A stretch of 64,000 nt of DNA from Marsupella aquatica. Lineage: Eukaryota; Plantae; Marchantiophyta. Of the stretch, positions 24,575 to 36,985 are shown piece after piece. The notes under the pieces were generated by a model that was not told the origin of the DNA, made no database searches, and saw only the letters and a list, made by a program, of their open reading frames with translations. Both the position numbers and the translations under genes were made by a program. The stretch covers positions 8,453,539 through 8,517,538 of the forward strand of contig OZ316896.1 of assembly GCA_973895155.1 (NCBI GenBank). Reading direction: 5' to 3'. Position 1 is the stretch's first letter, and every line of letters starts with the position of its first letter.

Positions 24575-25083
24575 TGACTTTAGAGTTTAATAAAGCTCTC
24601 TTGTGTGTTCCAAATGTACATAGACTCTAGAAAAGTGAATCATGTAGCTCTCGTGTCAACTACGTGCTCATTGGATGTTTTGCATGCACGTACATGCCAT
24701 CTTGAGTAGCAGTTGTTTACTGAAAACCTTATTGGTCATCTGTTAAATTAACAAAGGGGTTACCAGAACAATCCAGCAGGCAAAAGTCACCACCTTCTCA
24801 AATGAGGTGGCCACCACTTCCCTGAGCTTGAGCCTGGGACCCTTGATCACCCCTCATTGAGGAGAAGGGTGACATTGCTGTTAGCCAGTCCAATGTATGT
24901 GACCTGACAACACATTTAAGAAATTGCATAAGCCATTTGCTATGCACCTGTCATAGGATAAGTGCCGGCTTGAGAGGTCTTCCGGGGAGCCTGCTTTTAG
25001 ATCCAAATCTCATATGAGCAGCCTTGAATTGAGGAATGCGGCCATAAACCTGACTCATGCCAACATATAAGTGAGCAAGACTA

Positions 25084-25625
25084 CACTGTTTACCATAGTT
25101 AGTGTTACTAACACTAATTGTGTAGCTCCAAAAAATTTGAATCCCTCTTGAAATAGTCTTACTAACACTAAATCTGTATTAACAGTAATTGTGAGTGATT
25201 CAATTAGTGTTACCAGTAACACTAATTATGGAAATCAACTCACACTATTTATGGAGTGGCTATTGATACCAAAAATGTTGCATGAAACCATGAATCTTGT
25301 TTGTAATAGTAGTCACACTACTTGGGTGTGAAAAATGTGAGTTGAAAATGGTATGGAATTGGTTGAATTTTTGGACAATAGCATGGACAAAACATACATT
25401 AAATTGAGAGAGCCCAACTAAACCATGAGATTTACATTAATCATTCATTCATAAAGCATTCTATTGTGTGTTTTCATAGGAATTATTGATTTTTGTGCTA
25501 TGTTAGTATGTTCCATAATTAGTGTTATTTGAGCTCCAATACTCCTCTATTCACATATTAGTGTTACTCACACTATTTACAGTGTCACACTATTTCCGTA
25601 GTAACACTAACTACGGTAAACAGTG
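25084..25625. mobile_element. 542-bp non-autonomous DNA transposon, CACTG termini, TA TSD
   Basis: TIR cactgtttacc(a/g)tagttagtgttacta at both ends, flanked by TA. Many subterminal taacacta / tagtgtta repeats in both orientations. Confidence 0.9.
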
Positions 25626-27381
25626 TACATGCCTGAATCCCCTCCTGTGCCAGGCTGATGGCAATTTTTTGGACATTTCTCTGGCCCTAAAGGTCCCAAC
25701 CTCAACTTACTACCCTGAATGCCCATTCTGTGAATGACAATCGAGACCATGACAAAAATCAGCATGCATCATCATCTTCACATAAATTACATCCCATCTT
25801 TTTCCATCTACATACATTTGGTGGAGTCGTAGGGTTACAGTCTAGAGACTTCACTATAGAAGCAAAGACCCCAATTGTAGCTTCTGTTTGCTAATTAGTA
25901 ATAAGATTCACTAGCCCAATTACATGTCCTTGAACATAAATACATATGAAGAAAAGCAATAATGCACAAAAAGTCATTCTATGCTATTTCCTTGTTTTTT
26001 GCCAACGCTCATGTCAGTTTTGTCTTTATTGAGAGTCAATGTGCTATCTTTGCCCCCATCCTTGTGTTTTGTCCACCCTCAATTTGAATTTTGTCTTTAT
26101 TGAGGACTCTTTATCAGTTTTGTCTCTATTGTGAGTTAAGGTCTAGACTCGAGAGTCTTCACTGTAGACCATGAACTTTAAAGTAGCTTTCCTTAGCCAA
26201 TTATTACCGTACTTTCATCTGACTTTGCGCAAAAAAAAACAACTAGCCCAACAAATTAATCTGTAACATATCTTACTATATAATGGCAAACAAAAGATAC
26301 TTTTAAAGGCTACCTTATAGAGTGAAACCACTAGACCATAACAAACAAGGACAAAATGTACAGTGACTTTTAATAAATAAATCTAAGAGTTGCACAAAAC
26401 AATAGGTATGCAAAGCTAACGGAGGATAGATTTTGGTTTTCAATTCTATTTACTTTCAGGGAACTGGTAGTTAGGCTATATATGGTATTGTATTGTAAGT
26501 TTGATTAGTAAGATACGGTAGTGTACTGTATCTATGTTAACGTTATAGTACACTATACGTACCGGTCCTAAACATACCGGTATGACGGAAGTGTATACGC
26601 CGAACTGTACGGCGTTTTGAAATTGTGAGGGGTTCGAGACTTTCAGGAAACGTGTGATGATCGATGCTGTCTGTGATGAGGAGAGCTCGAGGAGTCGAGA
26701 CAATGTCGAGAGTGTCGGATTTCTTCTGCGATGGAAGACTGACCATTGACGTTTAGTAGAGATCAGGAATGCTGTTTATCGATACCAGGATGCTGCGATT
26801 TGCACAATGCAGCGAGAAGTGCCGATTGCAGGAGGAGTCATGGAGAGAAGACGACGCTCGCTCCTGCACGGGGCAGGCAGCAGGTCGATGATGAGCAGGA
26901 GAAGTCGAGGAAGGCCGACGAGTGAGGATCAGGTCCCGTCTCGAAGGTAGGATGGGCAGAGCATTTCGAAGCAGAGGTTGGACCCCGGACAATGCTTGAG
27001 GTCGTCAATTAGAGAGCTTAGCTGTCGCGTTTCCGGGACTGCTTGAGAGGGAACTGCGTACAGGCGGTCTGCGCGCACATCAGGTGGAAAAGGATGTTTC
27101 TCTTATGACTTAGCTATTTTGATGTTGTCAAACCGGAGCTAGCCTTACTGTTCAGCTCATGTTTGGCGTTTGTTCGAATTCCTTCTCTCAGAATATCGGT
27201 CTCGAGCTCGGTAGCTTTCATCGTCCCGACACGTATTTGAATGACGTTCTAGCTGTTCGGCTCTCACTAAAATCGTATTTTGATTGTCCGTTTGATGCAG
27301 TGAAGTCCCGAGATAAGAACATCGCGTCCTGGTTCGGACCGTCCGTGAGGTTTTCCGTCATTCCCTTTCACAGTGTCACCC

Positions 27382-30300
27382 ATGGGTCTGTGGTCGGAGG
27401 AGTCCTGCGTTCGTCGGTCCTGCGCTGGACCAGGCAGCTTGACTGCGCGCTACATCTACGGCGCCATCTTTCTGCTTACAACGATCATCGCATGGATGAT
27501 GCGCGACTACAGCTATCATGCTCTCAATGGTCTTTCTGGTAAGTATTCGATAACTCACGCTCAATTGAAAGATCAGTGTGCAGAGGCCAAGTTCTTTCAA
27601 GCACACCTGGTGGCCTGTCAACTTGGAAGTTGAATGATACTTGCAAACAAAGTCATGGAGTCATCTGGCAATTCTCTCTGGTGATTACGGTCCAATCTGC
27701 GCACAGCTGCTGAAGGCGGATTGTGCCATGTCTCTGATATAGCTCAATTTTTGGTCTTATACTCTTTAGCACAATTGTTCCAGCCTTGTACACTGTGTCT
27801 ACGGAAGACAAGGAACTAGGATCGGTTTTATGGTCAGCTATGGAGTATTTGTCACATCTCTTCCCCTCTCGAGTTCATATATGCATCAAGCAGATCCCAG
27901 CTCCTTGTGTACTAGAGTACGCTGTTGCAGTGAAGGTTGGAGACTCTGTCCTTCAGATCAATAACTTCGTTGGATCATCAGAAGGTTGTACTTGACGGGG
28001 CTAGTATAGGACCTTGGACTTCGAATTTTCCTCGAAATCTACCTTGTGGATGACACACCTGCTTGAATGGAGTTGACCATTTGTGCCAAAACATCTATCG
28101 GGCGCAATGTACTACGTGAGGAGCAATTTTTGCTTCTTCAGCTGTCGAGAATCTTAGAAGATGTTGATTTGAATTCGAAGACAACAAGGCAAGGTTTGTA
28201 TATAGGATAGATATGGGATCTGAGGCGGAGCATCAATTAAGAATGAGGAATACAAGTGATCTCTGGTACTTTCTCCATTCTATTGACCTGCATCCAATCC
28301 AATTCCATGCCGCACCTGCGGCGTGAACTAATAGAACCTCTTCTCATATCAAGCATGCGACCGTAAAACACGTATTATAGGAAGCAGTAAGGCGCGAATC
28401 TCGCGACACCAGGCCTTGACTAATTCACATGAACAGGGTAGGTGATGAAAATATCTTCAGATATTTCCCAAGAGATCCTCGGTGACCCAGTGAATAATGC
28501 AACAATGTCCTCCAGATTGTCTAAGCCAGGGTGGTGTAACTGACCTTCCAGCGTACAGGTGACGGAAGAATGGTCATGATTTAGACCTGACTGACAATAT
28601 CGTGATAAGAACCAAACGATGCAATAAATTTCGTTTTGAGCGATTCAAAGATAGGTTGTCCATCTTTAATCTTTAACAGTCATTCCCTAGTACGCTGAAA
28701 AGTAGCAGTGATTTCTATTCAGCTTTCACTTGCAAACCCTGTGAGACTGAGTAAATTTCAGTAAGGTCTTCCAGCAATTCAGTACATCATTTAATTCTAT
28801 GCGCCATTTGTCTGCAGCTCTAAATGGATGTCACGGAGAGCATAACTGTCTTGGCACGGAGGGCGTGCTGCGTATCAGTTTGGGTTGCTTCACATTCTTT
28901 TTCACCATGTATCTTACAACTGTCGGTACCAAAGACACAGATGACCCTAGGGATTACTGGCATTCTGGCTGGTGGCCACTCAAAAGTCTTTTCTGGGTGT
29001 TTACAACTGTCCTTCCTTTCTTCATTCCTTCTGCCTTCATTCAGGTCTACGGTGAGATGGCAAGGTTTGGTGCCGGGTGAGATTCTAAGTCCGGAGACGT
29101 TTTTTAACTGTTCGAAAGTCACATCGGCTCGTTTCCTTATCTGTCTTGAGTTCTGTATGGGGCTGTCGTATAATATCTTATATGTCACAACGAACAAAAG
29201 AATTTGTAGGGAAACAGAAACATCACTATAATACTCGTCACCTGTACTACATGAAGTTTCTACCTCGTAACTTGACTGACAATCTCTCATGTGGAATGGC
29301 TCAACAGGATTTTTTTGGTTATCCAGCTCCTTAGCGTGATCAATTTCGTATTTTGGTGGAACGAAAACTGGCTCTCGGAAAAAAACGTCCGCCGCTTGTA
29401 AATGCAAAATATCACCACTTTCCCCTTAGTTCTTGATGATTGTATCTTCCAGTTTTGAAATGTCCTTGGCTCCATACGTTGCAAGTGGATTGCGAAATCC
29501 AAAGCGTATACAAATAGCACTGACGTTCTCTGCTGTTCCTGATGGAAATCTGACAGGCAGTGGGCTACCGTGGCGGTGTCTGTCTTCGCCTATGTCTCCT
29601 CCCTTAGCGGTCTTATCATTATGTATGTTTGGTTCGCACCGGCAGCATCTTGTAGTCTCAACATATTCTTTATAACGTGGACTCTTGTACTCATCCTCGT
29701 CTTCACAATCATTTCCCTGCATTCAAAGGTATGTCAAGTCACAAAGATCTAGACGTTGAGCTGGGCACAGAGCAATCTCGTTTGTGTACGAGTGCCCAAG
29801 CAGTTGGTGTTACATGCTGTTACGTTGCACGTGAGCTCCAAGTCAAAATCTGAAAATGAGCAAATGTTTAAGTCTTACAGGTTAATGCCGGCCTTCTTAC
29901 TTCGGGACTTGTAGCGATGTACGTCGTCTTTCTCTGTTGGTCCGCCATAATGAGGTTGGAGACCTTCCACCCACCCAGAAGTTTTTGGCAGTCCTTACCT
30001 CAACTTGGAATGGTCATGTCTGACTTCTGTATAATGGATTTGTGCTTGTGATGATCAAATGATTGCATATTTTGTGGCCTAATTCATTCGAATACTTTAT
30101 TCTCGTTAAGGGAAAGTCGGTGCTTCTTGTGCTGTGCGAGAGTACTTACGTATCTCTGTTTCTAAATATGTTATCATTCATCTAGTGGACTTCCTTGTAG
30201 ACATTGTTCTTCTGAGATCGTGGTGATGAACAGTGGCAGAGGTGTGGTGACATTTTCTTGGTTGTACTCGTCGCAGTGAGCCGGCGGCGGTGACTTGCAA

Positions 30301-31666
30301 CACGAGGCCCAGGCAAACTGGGCACACAGATTGGATTACTGTCGTGGTATCTATCTTAAGTCCAGGCTTTCACCACTCTAAACGCTGTCAACTGACTTTC
30401 CTGCCTGTACACCTTGTGTTTGAAGATTAGTCCAGTGCTGTGTTCTCTCCGATTCAGAGGTTAACGAATTTTTTATTTTTGCGCAGAGTTTTTTGTTAGC
30501 TTTCTCTGCCATTATCTTGTCAACATTCTCGACGGGAATCGATTCCCAGGCATTCTCTGTAAGTTCACTACGCAGTTGTGAATTTTGAGGTCTCTTACAA
30601 TCTGACTGTCATCTTGGTGCTATACCATCCTTCTGGTCGTCCATTTGGAAAGGAAGAACATCTGTACGATTTGGAGGCCACTAAACACGGAAAGTACAGA
30701 ATTCTATCATTGGACAATGCCATGAACGTCAATGTGTGTGTTTCCTTTTCATGAGCCGTGCTTCAGATGTTTGCATAATTAAAATTGTGAAGATTTGATC
30801 TCAACTACTTAGACCAGCTAACTTGTAGTTTGTTATGGTCAGTTATTTGTCCTCGGACAGGAATGTTAGTATTCTTTGGACTCTTAACACGCTGGTTGTA
30901 TCCCTTACAGATGACAAGTAAGGATGGCCGACCGGAGGGTCACGTGCCTTACGGATACGGATTCTTTCACTTTGTATTTGCAATGGGCGCCATGTACTTC
31001 GCGATGCTCTTTGTGGGGTGGAATCTGCACCAAACAGCCCACAAGTACGGGGATTTCTCCTAATTGCTGTGCTGGCTGAAAATTGTATTCAAACAACTCG
31101 ATGTTTCTTGAAGTCTTGCCCTGCCGTAGAGCCATAATTGCTTCCTCGCCTTTAACTCGTTCCGGAGCTCCCTGTTGTGATCAGGTGGAGTATTGACGTC
31201 GGCTGGGCCAGTGTCTGGGTGAAAATTGTCAATGAATGGCTCGCAGCTTTGGTGTACAGTAAGTCTTACTCCACGCATCTCACTCACCATATTATCGTTT
31301 CCCTTCAAAGATCTTTAAAACATTTATGGATGCCAAAAGCCTTTGTAGATTGATGGAAATCTACTCAACGCATCCCACTCACCTTATTGATGTTTACCTG
31401 AGAAGATGTATGAAATGTTTGTGGATGCCAGAGACTTTGTAATTCGATGGAAAGCTACTCCACACATCCCACTCACCTTAGCATAGCTTTACCTGGGAAT
31501 CTCTTTGAAATATTTGTGGGTGCCAGAAGACTTTATTATTCGATGGAAAGCTTTAGGCAAATACCAAGCGAGAAGGCACTAGTCCAGCATTCGACTAAAA
31601 CATGCCTGCTCGTGCGCAGTTTGGTGTATGGTGGGACCATTTATCCTGCGAGATCGCAATTTTTGA
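27382..31666 (+). CDS. SERINC: Serine incorporator (Serinc/TMS) family membrane protein, ~382 aa, 10 coding exons
   Basis: Exons 27382-27538, 28818-29076, 29308-29397, 29557-29728, 29881-29954, 30277-30346, 30487-30558, 30911-31044, 31185-31258, 31620-31666 (1149 nt, GT-AG). Motifs ARYIYG, GVLRISLG, WHSGWW, NAGLLTSG, YGYGFFHFVFAMGAMYFAML, GWASVWVKIVNEW. Confidence 0.95.
31320..31551. repeat. ~95-bp tandem repeat (~2.4 copies) in the last Serinc intron
   Basis: ttt(a/g)tgg(a/g)tgcca...gatggaaa(t/g)ctactc.ac.catcccactcacctta...tttacctg repeated. Confidence 0.85.
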
Positions 31667-32043
31667 GGTGGAGGGATTAGACACTTCCGTGGATTATCCT
31701 TGCTTCTGTGAGTTCTGCACATTATTCTTTACCCGTTGAGAGGGCACCCAACTGTGGCCCCCGCGAGCCCACCCATTCACAACGGCATTGGCTACGCCGC
31801 ATCGCCAAATGAGGCTTTCCGATAAATATTGTACAGTGAGAGTTTTTTTCTTCAATTCATAAATCGTCCCATCTCTATTGTCCCCGAAGAAGTAGCCCCC
31901 ATGGGCTCTCATGTTTGACAAAATCTAAGGTCGACTGACCTGAAATATTATTTAAACTCTGATAGTATTTTATTTTGCTTGAATGTCCACACTTTTGGAC
32001 TTCCAAGCTATTTCAGTGTGTTCATGTTCTTCGGAGAAACCTC

Positions 32044-32232
32044 ATGCTTCATTTAGGCACCAACTTCGGTGTTCCCCGTATCATGACAATCAATGGCAGC
32101 AGGCTTATGCTTCATTTGGGCACCAACTTCATTGTTGCCCCCATATGACAATCAATGGCAGCAGGCTTATACTTCATTTGAGCGCCAACTTCATTGTTGC
32201 CCCCATATGACAATCTATGGCGGCAGCCTTAT
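32044..32232. repeat. ~61-64-bp tandem repeat x3
   Basis: atgcttcattt.ggcaccaacttcattgttgcccccatatgacaatcaatggcagcaggctt repeated three times. Confidence 0.9.
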
Positions 32233-33299
32233 TTTCTTGCAGGCTATTTGAATTTGTGGTATTAACTTGACAGGCTCCTACATTGTGGGACTGATTAGGT
32301 TCTTGTGATCTTGGAGGATGAGCGACCTCCTTTCTTTTTTTGTCTTGAATGCAATCATTCACCACTGTGAATGATGTGGATGTAACTCGAAGTGTAATTC
32401 AAAGTGTTTTACACTTTGAGAGATATATTTGAAGTATGTTACTATAAACTTGCAGACGTAAGGTGAATCATGTTTTATTTGTGTTGTGGTTTGAAAACAA
32501 ATCTTTACAAGTTCTAGAAGTGCATATTTCCACAATTGCATATGCAGTGTTTTGGGCTGACCTCTTGCAGATAGGGGGTTTCAGTGGTACTCCCACTATA
32601 GACTCGAGTGGGTTTGTACATGACTGGCTTTCCCTGTCAATGAAAACTTGTGTGGGGATTGGGGCTGGCTTGAACTTCTCTGCAAGTAATTCACAGCAGA
32701 TCGTCTTCCTAATTTTATTTGGGTGACTCCATAAAATTTGGACCTTGCAGGACATGTGCTTACCAAGATAATTTTGGAGCGACATCATTTCCCTGCGTGT
32801 TAAAGAGTAACTTGATAATATTATTTGAGGTATGCAGGCAGGAGCAATTCACTATATTTTTTTGAAAACAATTGTAATGGTGGTGGATTGTTGAAATTTT
32901 AGGATTGATGCTTATAAATCCACATATTTATTCATATGCAAGCTGGAAAGTCCAATGATCATACATCTTTTCCAAAAATCCGAGAGAATATTGCACTAGA
33001 CAACCAAGTCATTCTGAGAAACCAAAGTTCATTCATCCTTTGGCACATGGGTAGGCCAGCCTCGCATGGGGAGCCACTGTCTTTGTGCCAAAATTGATTT
33101 TAACCACATTACATCATACCATCATTACATAACTATTTTGGTGGTGGCCAACCCTTTGCAACAAGATGTTGTCGGGAGAGTAGAGGCAGGCAATGCGACA
33201 ATGGTGACAAGGACCAAAGAGACATCAGATATTTTCCTCCCCCTTGCTATTGAGATATTTGGATGACTCTGTCATCAGTTCGATGGACTACTTTGACTG

Positions 33300-35720
33300 G
33301 CCACTTGAATCACGGATGGGTGGGAGGGTTCCTTAGTGCTAGCTTTTCCCCCATTTTCTTTCTTCTCTAGATTTTGGGGTTTGGCTTCTTTAGTGTTTGG
33401 TGTTTGTCTGCATTGAACCTCTTTTGCTTTCCCCCATGCAAGCCAGTAACATTGACAACATGTTTGGTGACCAAGTTCAAGCCATGAAACCTCTTTCCAA
33501 ACTCCCTCCCCAGCCCTAAAATCACTCTAATGCCAACACCGGGCCTGGTGGGGAGTACCGGTGCGGACACTAAACCGACCCTAAACCACTCTGATGCCAA
33601 TACAGGGCCTGATGGGGAGTATTGGTGGGGATGCTCCAACTAGTTGACTCATGTTATGGACCAAGAAAGTTATGGATAGCCAAATTCATAATCCGTAAAG
33701 CTAAATTGGTAAAGAATGATATATAGTCGCGGAACTTGATTACCTTAACACTTAGCTCTGGCGTAGCTGACTCTAATGCCAAGTTCCCCTATGGTTCAGG
33801 CTCGGAACAACCATTTGTGGAGGACTTAGCATGGGGAGACTTGCGGGCAATGAGGCGTGACACTGACAAAGACAAGGCGCTAAGCTGGTGACACACACTA
33901 AAGACTTAGACTAGATGAGGGCTGGTTGGGTCTTGGGAAAGGGCTGGAGTCAAGGTGGACCATCCGTACCCCCGGACAGACTTTGAGTTTGGGGGGCTTG
34001 AGTAGGAATTTCTCTTGAGGCCAAGGCAAATGGAGTTTACTCCATGGGCAACGGACGCTTGGAGCACGAGTTATGGTCCGATCCAAGTTTGGCCACTCGA
34101 GGGCCCCGAGCGACGACGGGTTCTGAGTGCCTAGGCATGAGCAATGGGTTGGCCCGATCACAATAGACTAAGACACTCCGCTTACAAACGCCTAACTAGA
34201 AAGTTATGGGCGTAGCCAACTGGTAGCGCGCCCAGACATGCGGGTTGGGGTCCAGGTAGGGGGTCAAAATTTGGGGACCAAAGTAGGTCCGGGGGTGGCA
34301 AGTCTCCAAAAGCATATATGAGGGGAGTGGTGTTTCCCTGGGGGTTAAGGGCAAGCAGAAGTTGTGAGCCGCGGCGGTCGCAACACTAAGAAAAAACATC
34401 AAATTGAAACGATGATAACTTCCCAACTATAGTTTATTGGAGGACTTCTTGTTTGGAAAGCTTTCAAGGAGGAATACATCTTCCTAAGCTTAGCTGGGTC
34501 TAGGGTGTGTCATGGGTTCTCGGGGTTTATGAGGGCTATCTCACCCGTTTACCAAATCCTGTTGGAACAATAGCCAAGCCGAGTTCAGTCTCCCAAAGGA
34601 GCTTGCGTTGGTTAGGCAAGGCCAAGTAGGCATGGAGGTTGAGTTCCAAGGGCACTTGGCCCCTAAGCCATGAGTGGGAGAATCGAGAGTTGGTTACTAG
34701 AGTCGGGGCCATTCTGGCCCCGGCGTTGGGACAAGGGGATAAGCTTGGCGGTCAATTGGTGATGGATAGGTACGAGGGGGACCCAAGGTGCACCCTAAGA
34801 GGGGCTATTCTGGACGAACAGTGAGTGTCGGCTTTGGTTCCGGCTTATGGCAACGGAAAGACCTATCGCTGACCTACTTACCAATGTTTGTTGAGCTTGA
34901 GTTAGGATGCTAGACTTGGGGAGATCTAGATCCTGTTGGGTTTCTTACCGAGATACTTGGTTGTTTGTGAAGACAGTGAGGACCGTTGAGCAACGGTCGG
35001 GTTAGGGAGCAAGTGCGACTTCGTATGGGAGTGACCACAAACAGTGCAAGGGGCATCGAGTTGCTTGCTCAAGGACTTCTGTGAAGACATTCGGGCAACA
35101 AGGGCACTTAGGCGTGGGTGCTGAGATTGGTGAGGGCGTTGGGTGGCTAGGTCCACCACTTATATGCCATGACTGAACCTTTACTAGGTGACGTGGGAGA
35201 AATAAAGTCAGGGCCATTTCTTCATGGGGAAAGGCCATCACCTATAAAGTTTTGAGACTCCCTATTTGAATTAGCTGAAGTGTAATGAAGAATGAACAGA
35301 GCAACAAGCCAAGCCCTGAGAAGAAGAAGAGAACTCCACCTGCATCTGGCTGAGCTTTAGGCTTGATTGGTCTGCTATGTTGGTGGTACCATTTCATAGA
35401 CAAAGGGCTGTGCGTCAGAGGGTTCAAGCATTCATTATTCTTTGTAAGGGTGAGGCAATGGGTTTTAGGGCTTCTATGTAGATTCCCTTGCATGACCATC
35501 CCCTTGAAATTTACCTCAGAGATCTACCAGGCTCTGCCCTACCAGGACCTTCCCCATGCAATTTACCCCAGAGCTCTACCAGGCTCTTCAGTTTGCCACT
35601 GGTTAGGTTTTTAGGTAGAGTTTAGCTGCATTTGTCCTTAGGCCATTGTTAGGTCCCCCCCCCTGGGCTTTTTGGCTGTTTTGTTGCCTCCCCTTGGTTG
35701 GGCCTCTTGCCTTTGGGATC
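33300..35720. mobile_element. Degenerate G-rich repeat region, probably retroelement-derived
   Basis: No intact ORF. Ends in ttttggctgttttgttgc..ccctt..ttgggcct.ttgcctttg.gatc, which recurs at ~36220-36270 and more loosely at ~1200-1245. No RT motif could be read. Confidence 0.3.
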
Positions 35721-35730
35721 ATGTACTTAA

Positions 35731-35895
35731 ACCACCACTAGGCATGTAAGGGGGAAGTGTCGAAGACTTATCTGTTTTTCACTTTCCTCTCATTCTTCTC
35801 CTCTCCCGTTTCATATTGCTCCACAAATTCAGGAATTCAAGTATACTATCTATGGTGAAACCTTACACCAGGTTTGTGTCATGGCTAGTGGTGGT
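35731..35895. mobile_element. 165-bp TTAA-flanked MITE
   Basis: TIR accaccactag(g/c)catg at both ends (15/16). TTAA at 35727-35730 and 35896-35899. Second copy at 18454-18599. Confidence 0.85.
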
Positions 35896-35929
35896 TTAAG
35901 CCATTACTAGGGCGTGTCAATGTAGGTCT

Positions 35930-36150
35930 GTAACTCAGTTACAAATCAGGACATAAATTGCTTTTACAGCCAAAGACAAAATCATTATGGGAGACCAAAA
36001 TACATACCCATAAGCATTTTAAGTCCAAATATCCACAACCCGTAACTCACTTACAAATCAGGACATAAATTGCTTTTATAGCCACACACAAAATCACTAA
36101 AGGAGACCAAAATACATACCCCATTTAAAGTCCAAACATCCATAGCCGTA
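35930..36150. repeat. ~112-bp tandem duplication
   Basis: gtaactca.ttacaaatcaggacataaattgctttta.agcca...ggagaccaaaatacatacc at 35930 and 36042. Confidence 0.9.
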
Positions 36151-36522
36151 AGCAGAGGCAGTAATCTTACTTTAGGGAGAATCCTCTAAAGTGCCCCCCC
36201 CCCCCCCCCCCCCTCTCCTTTTTGGCTGTTTTGTTGCTCCCCTTATTGGGCCTTTTGCCTTTGAGATCAGGTCTTTGGTTGGGCACCTGTTTGTTGGGGG
36301 TGGGCGGCGCATATATGTAATTCTTATCCTCTACTTCTGGTGGAGGGAAGGCTCCTGGACGAGTTCACCTGAGAAGCTCACTGGACAGGTTGACTGGCCT
36401 GTAATCTAGTTAAAGTGCACTTGTGTCTGAAGCATCCTGCCTCGCATTCGTTGCATATGGTGCGTGCCCTCCTTGAGATTCTGGTCCCGCTTTATTTAAG
36501 GCTCGTGTGAATCTGCTGAGTG

Positions 36523-36951
36523 GCGTTTCTCACCAAATTCGGTGACAAATCTTGCAGGGCAGTGGGTGGCAGTGGGTGGCAGTGGGTGGGGGGTCCCAGT
36601 GGACGAGAACAGTTTGATTGAGGTTTTTTTTAGCTCAAATCAGTGAGAATCGGGATGTTGTGAGTCGTTGGTTCGTAGGAGTTGGGTAGCCGGTTTTCGA
36701 TTGTTCGCAGATAGAATTCTGGTGAAGGGTGGAGTTTCTGATCCCGCTTAGTTTAACGTTGATGCGAATCTCCGTGTGTTGCGTTTCTCACCAAATTCGG
36801 TGGCAAATCTTGCACCCAGTGGCAGTGAACAGTTTAACTGAGGAGTTTTCTCGCAAATCAGTAAATGGTTGGACTTTAATGAGATGTGAGTGCGGCCGAG
36901 TGGGGTGACAGTTTTTCGATTGCTCGCAGATAGAATTCTGGGGAAAGGTGG
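36523..36951. repeat. Tandem duplication of the P450 upstream/5' UTR segment
   Basis: gcgtttctcaccaaattcggtg.caaatcttgca ... ttttcgattg.tcgcagatagaattctgg.gaa.ggtgg at 36523-36732 and 36781-36951. Confidence 0.88.
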
Positions 36952-36985
36952 GAAGGAAGACTCTGGGTGAAGCTCTTGGGTTACG

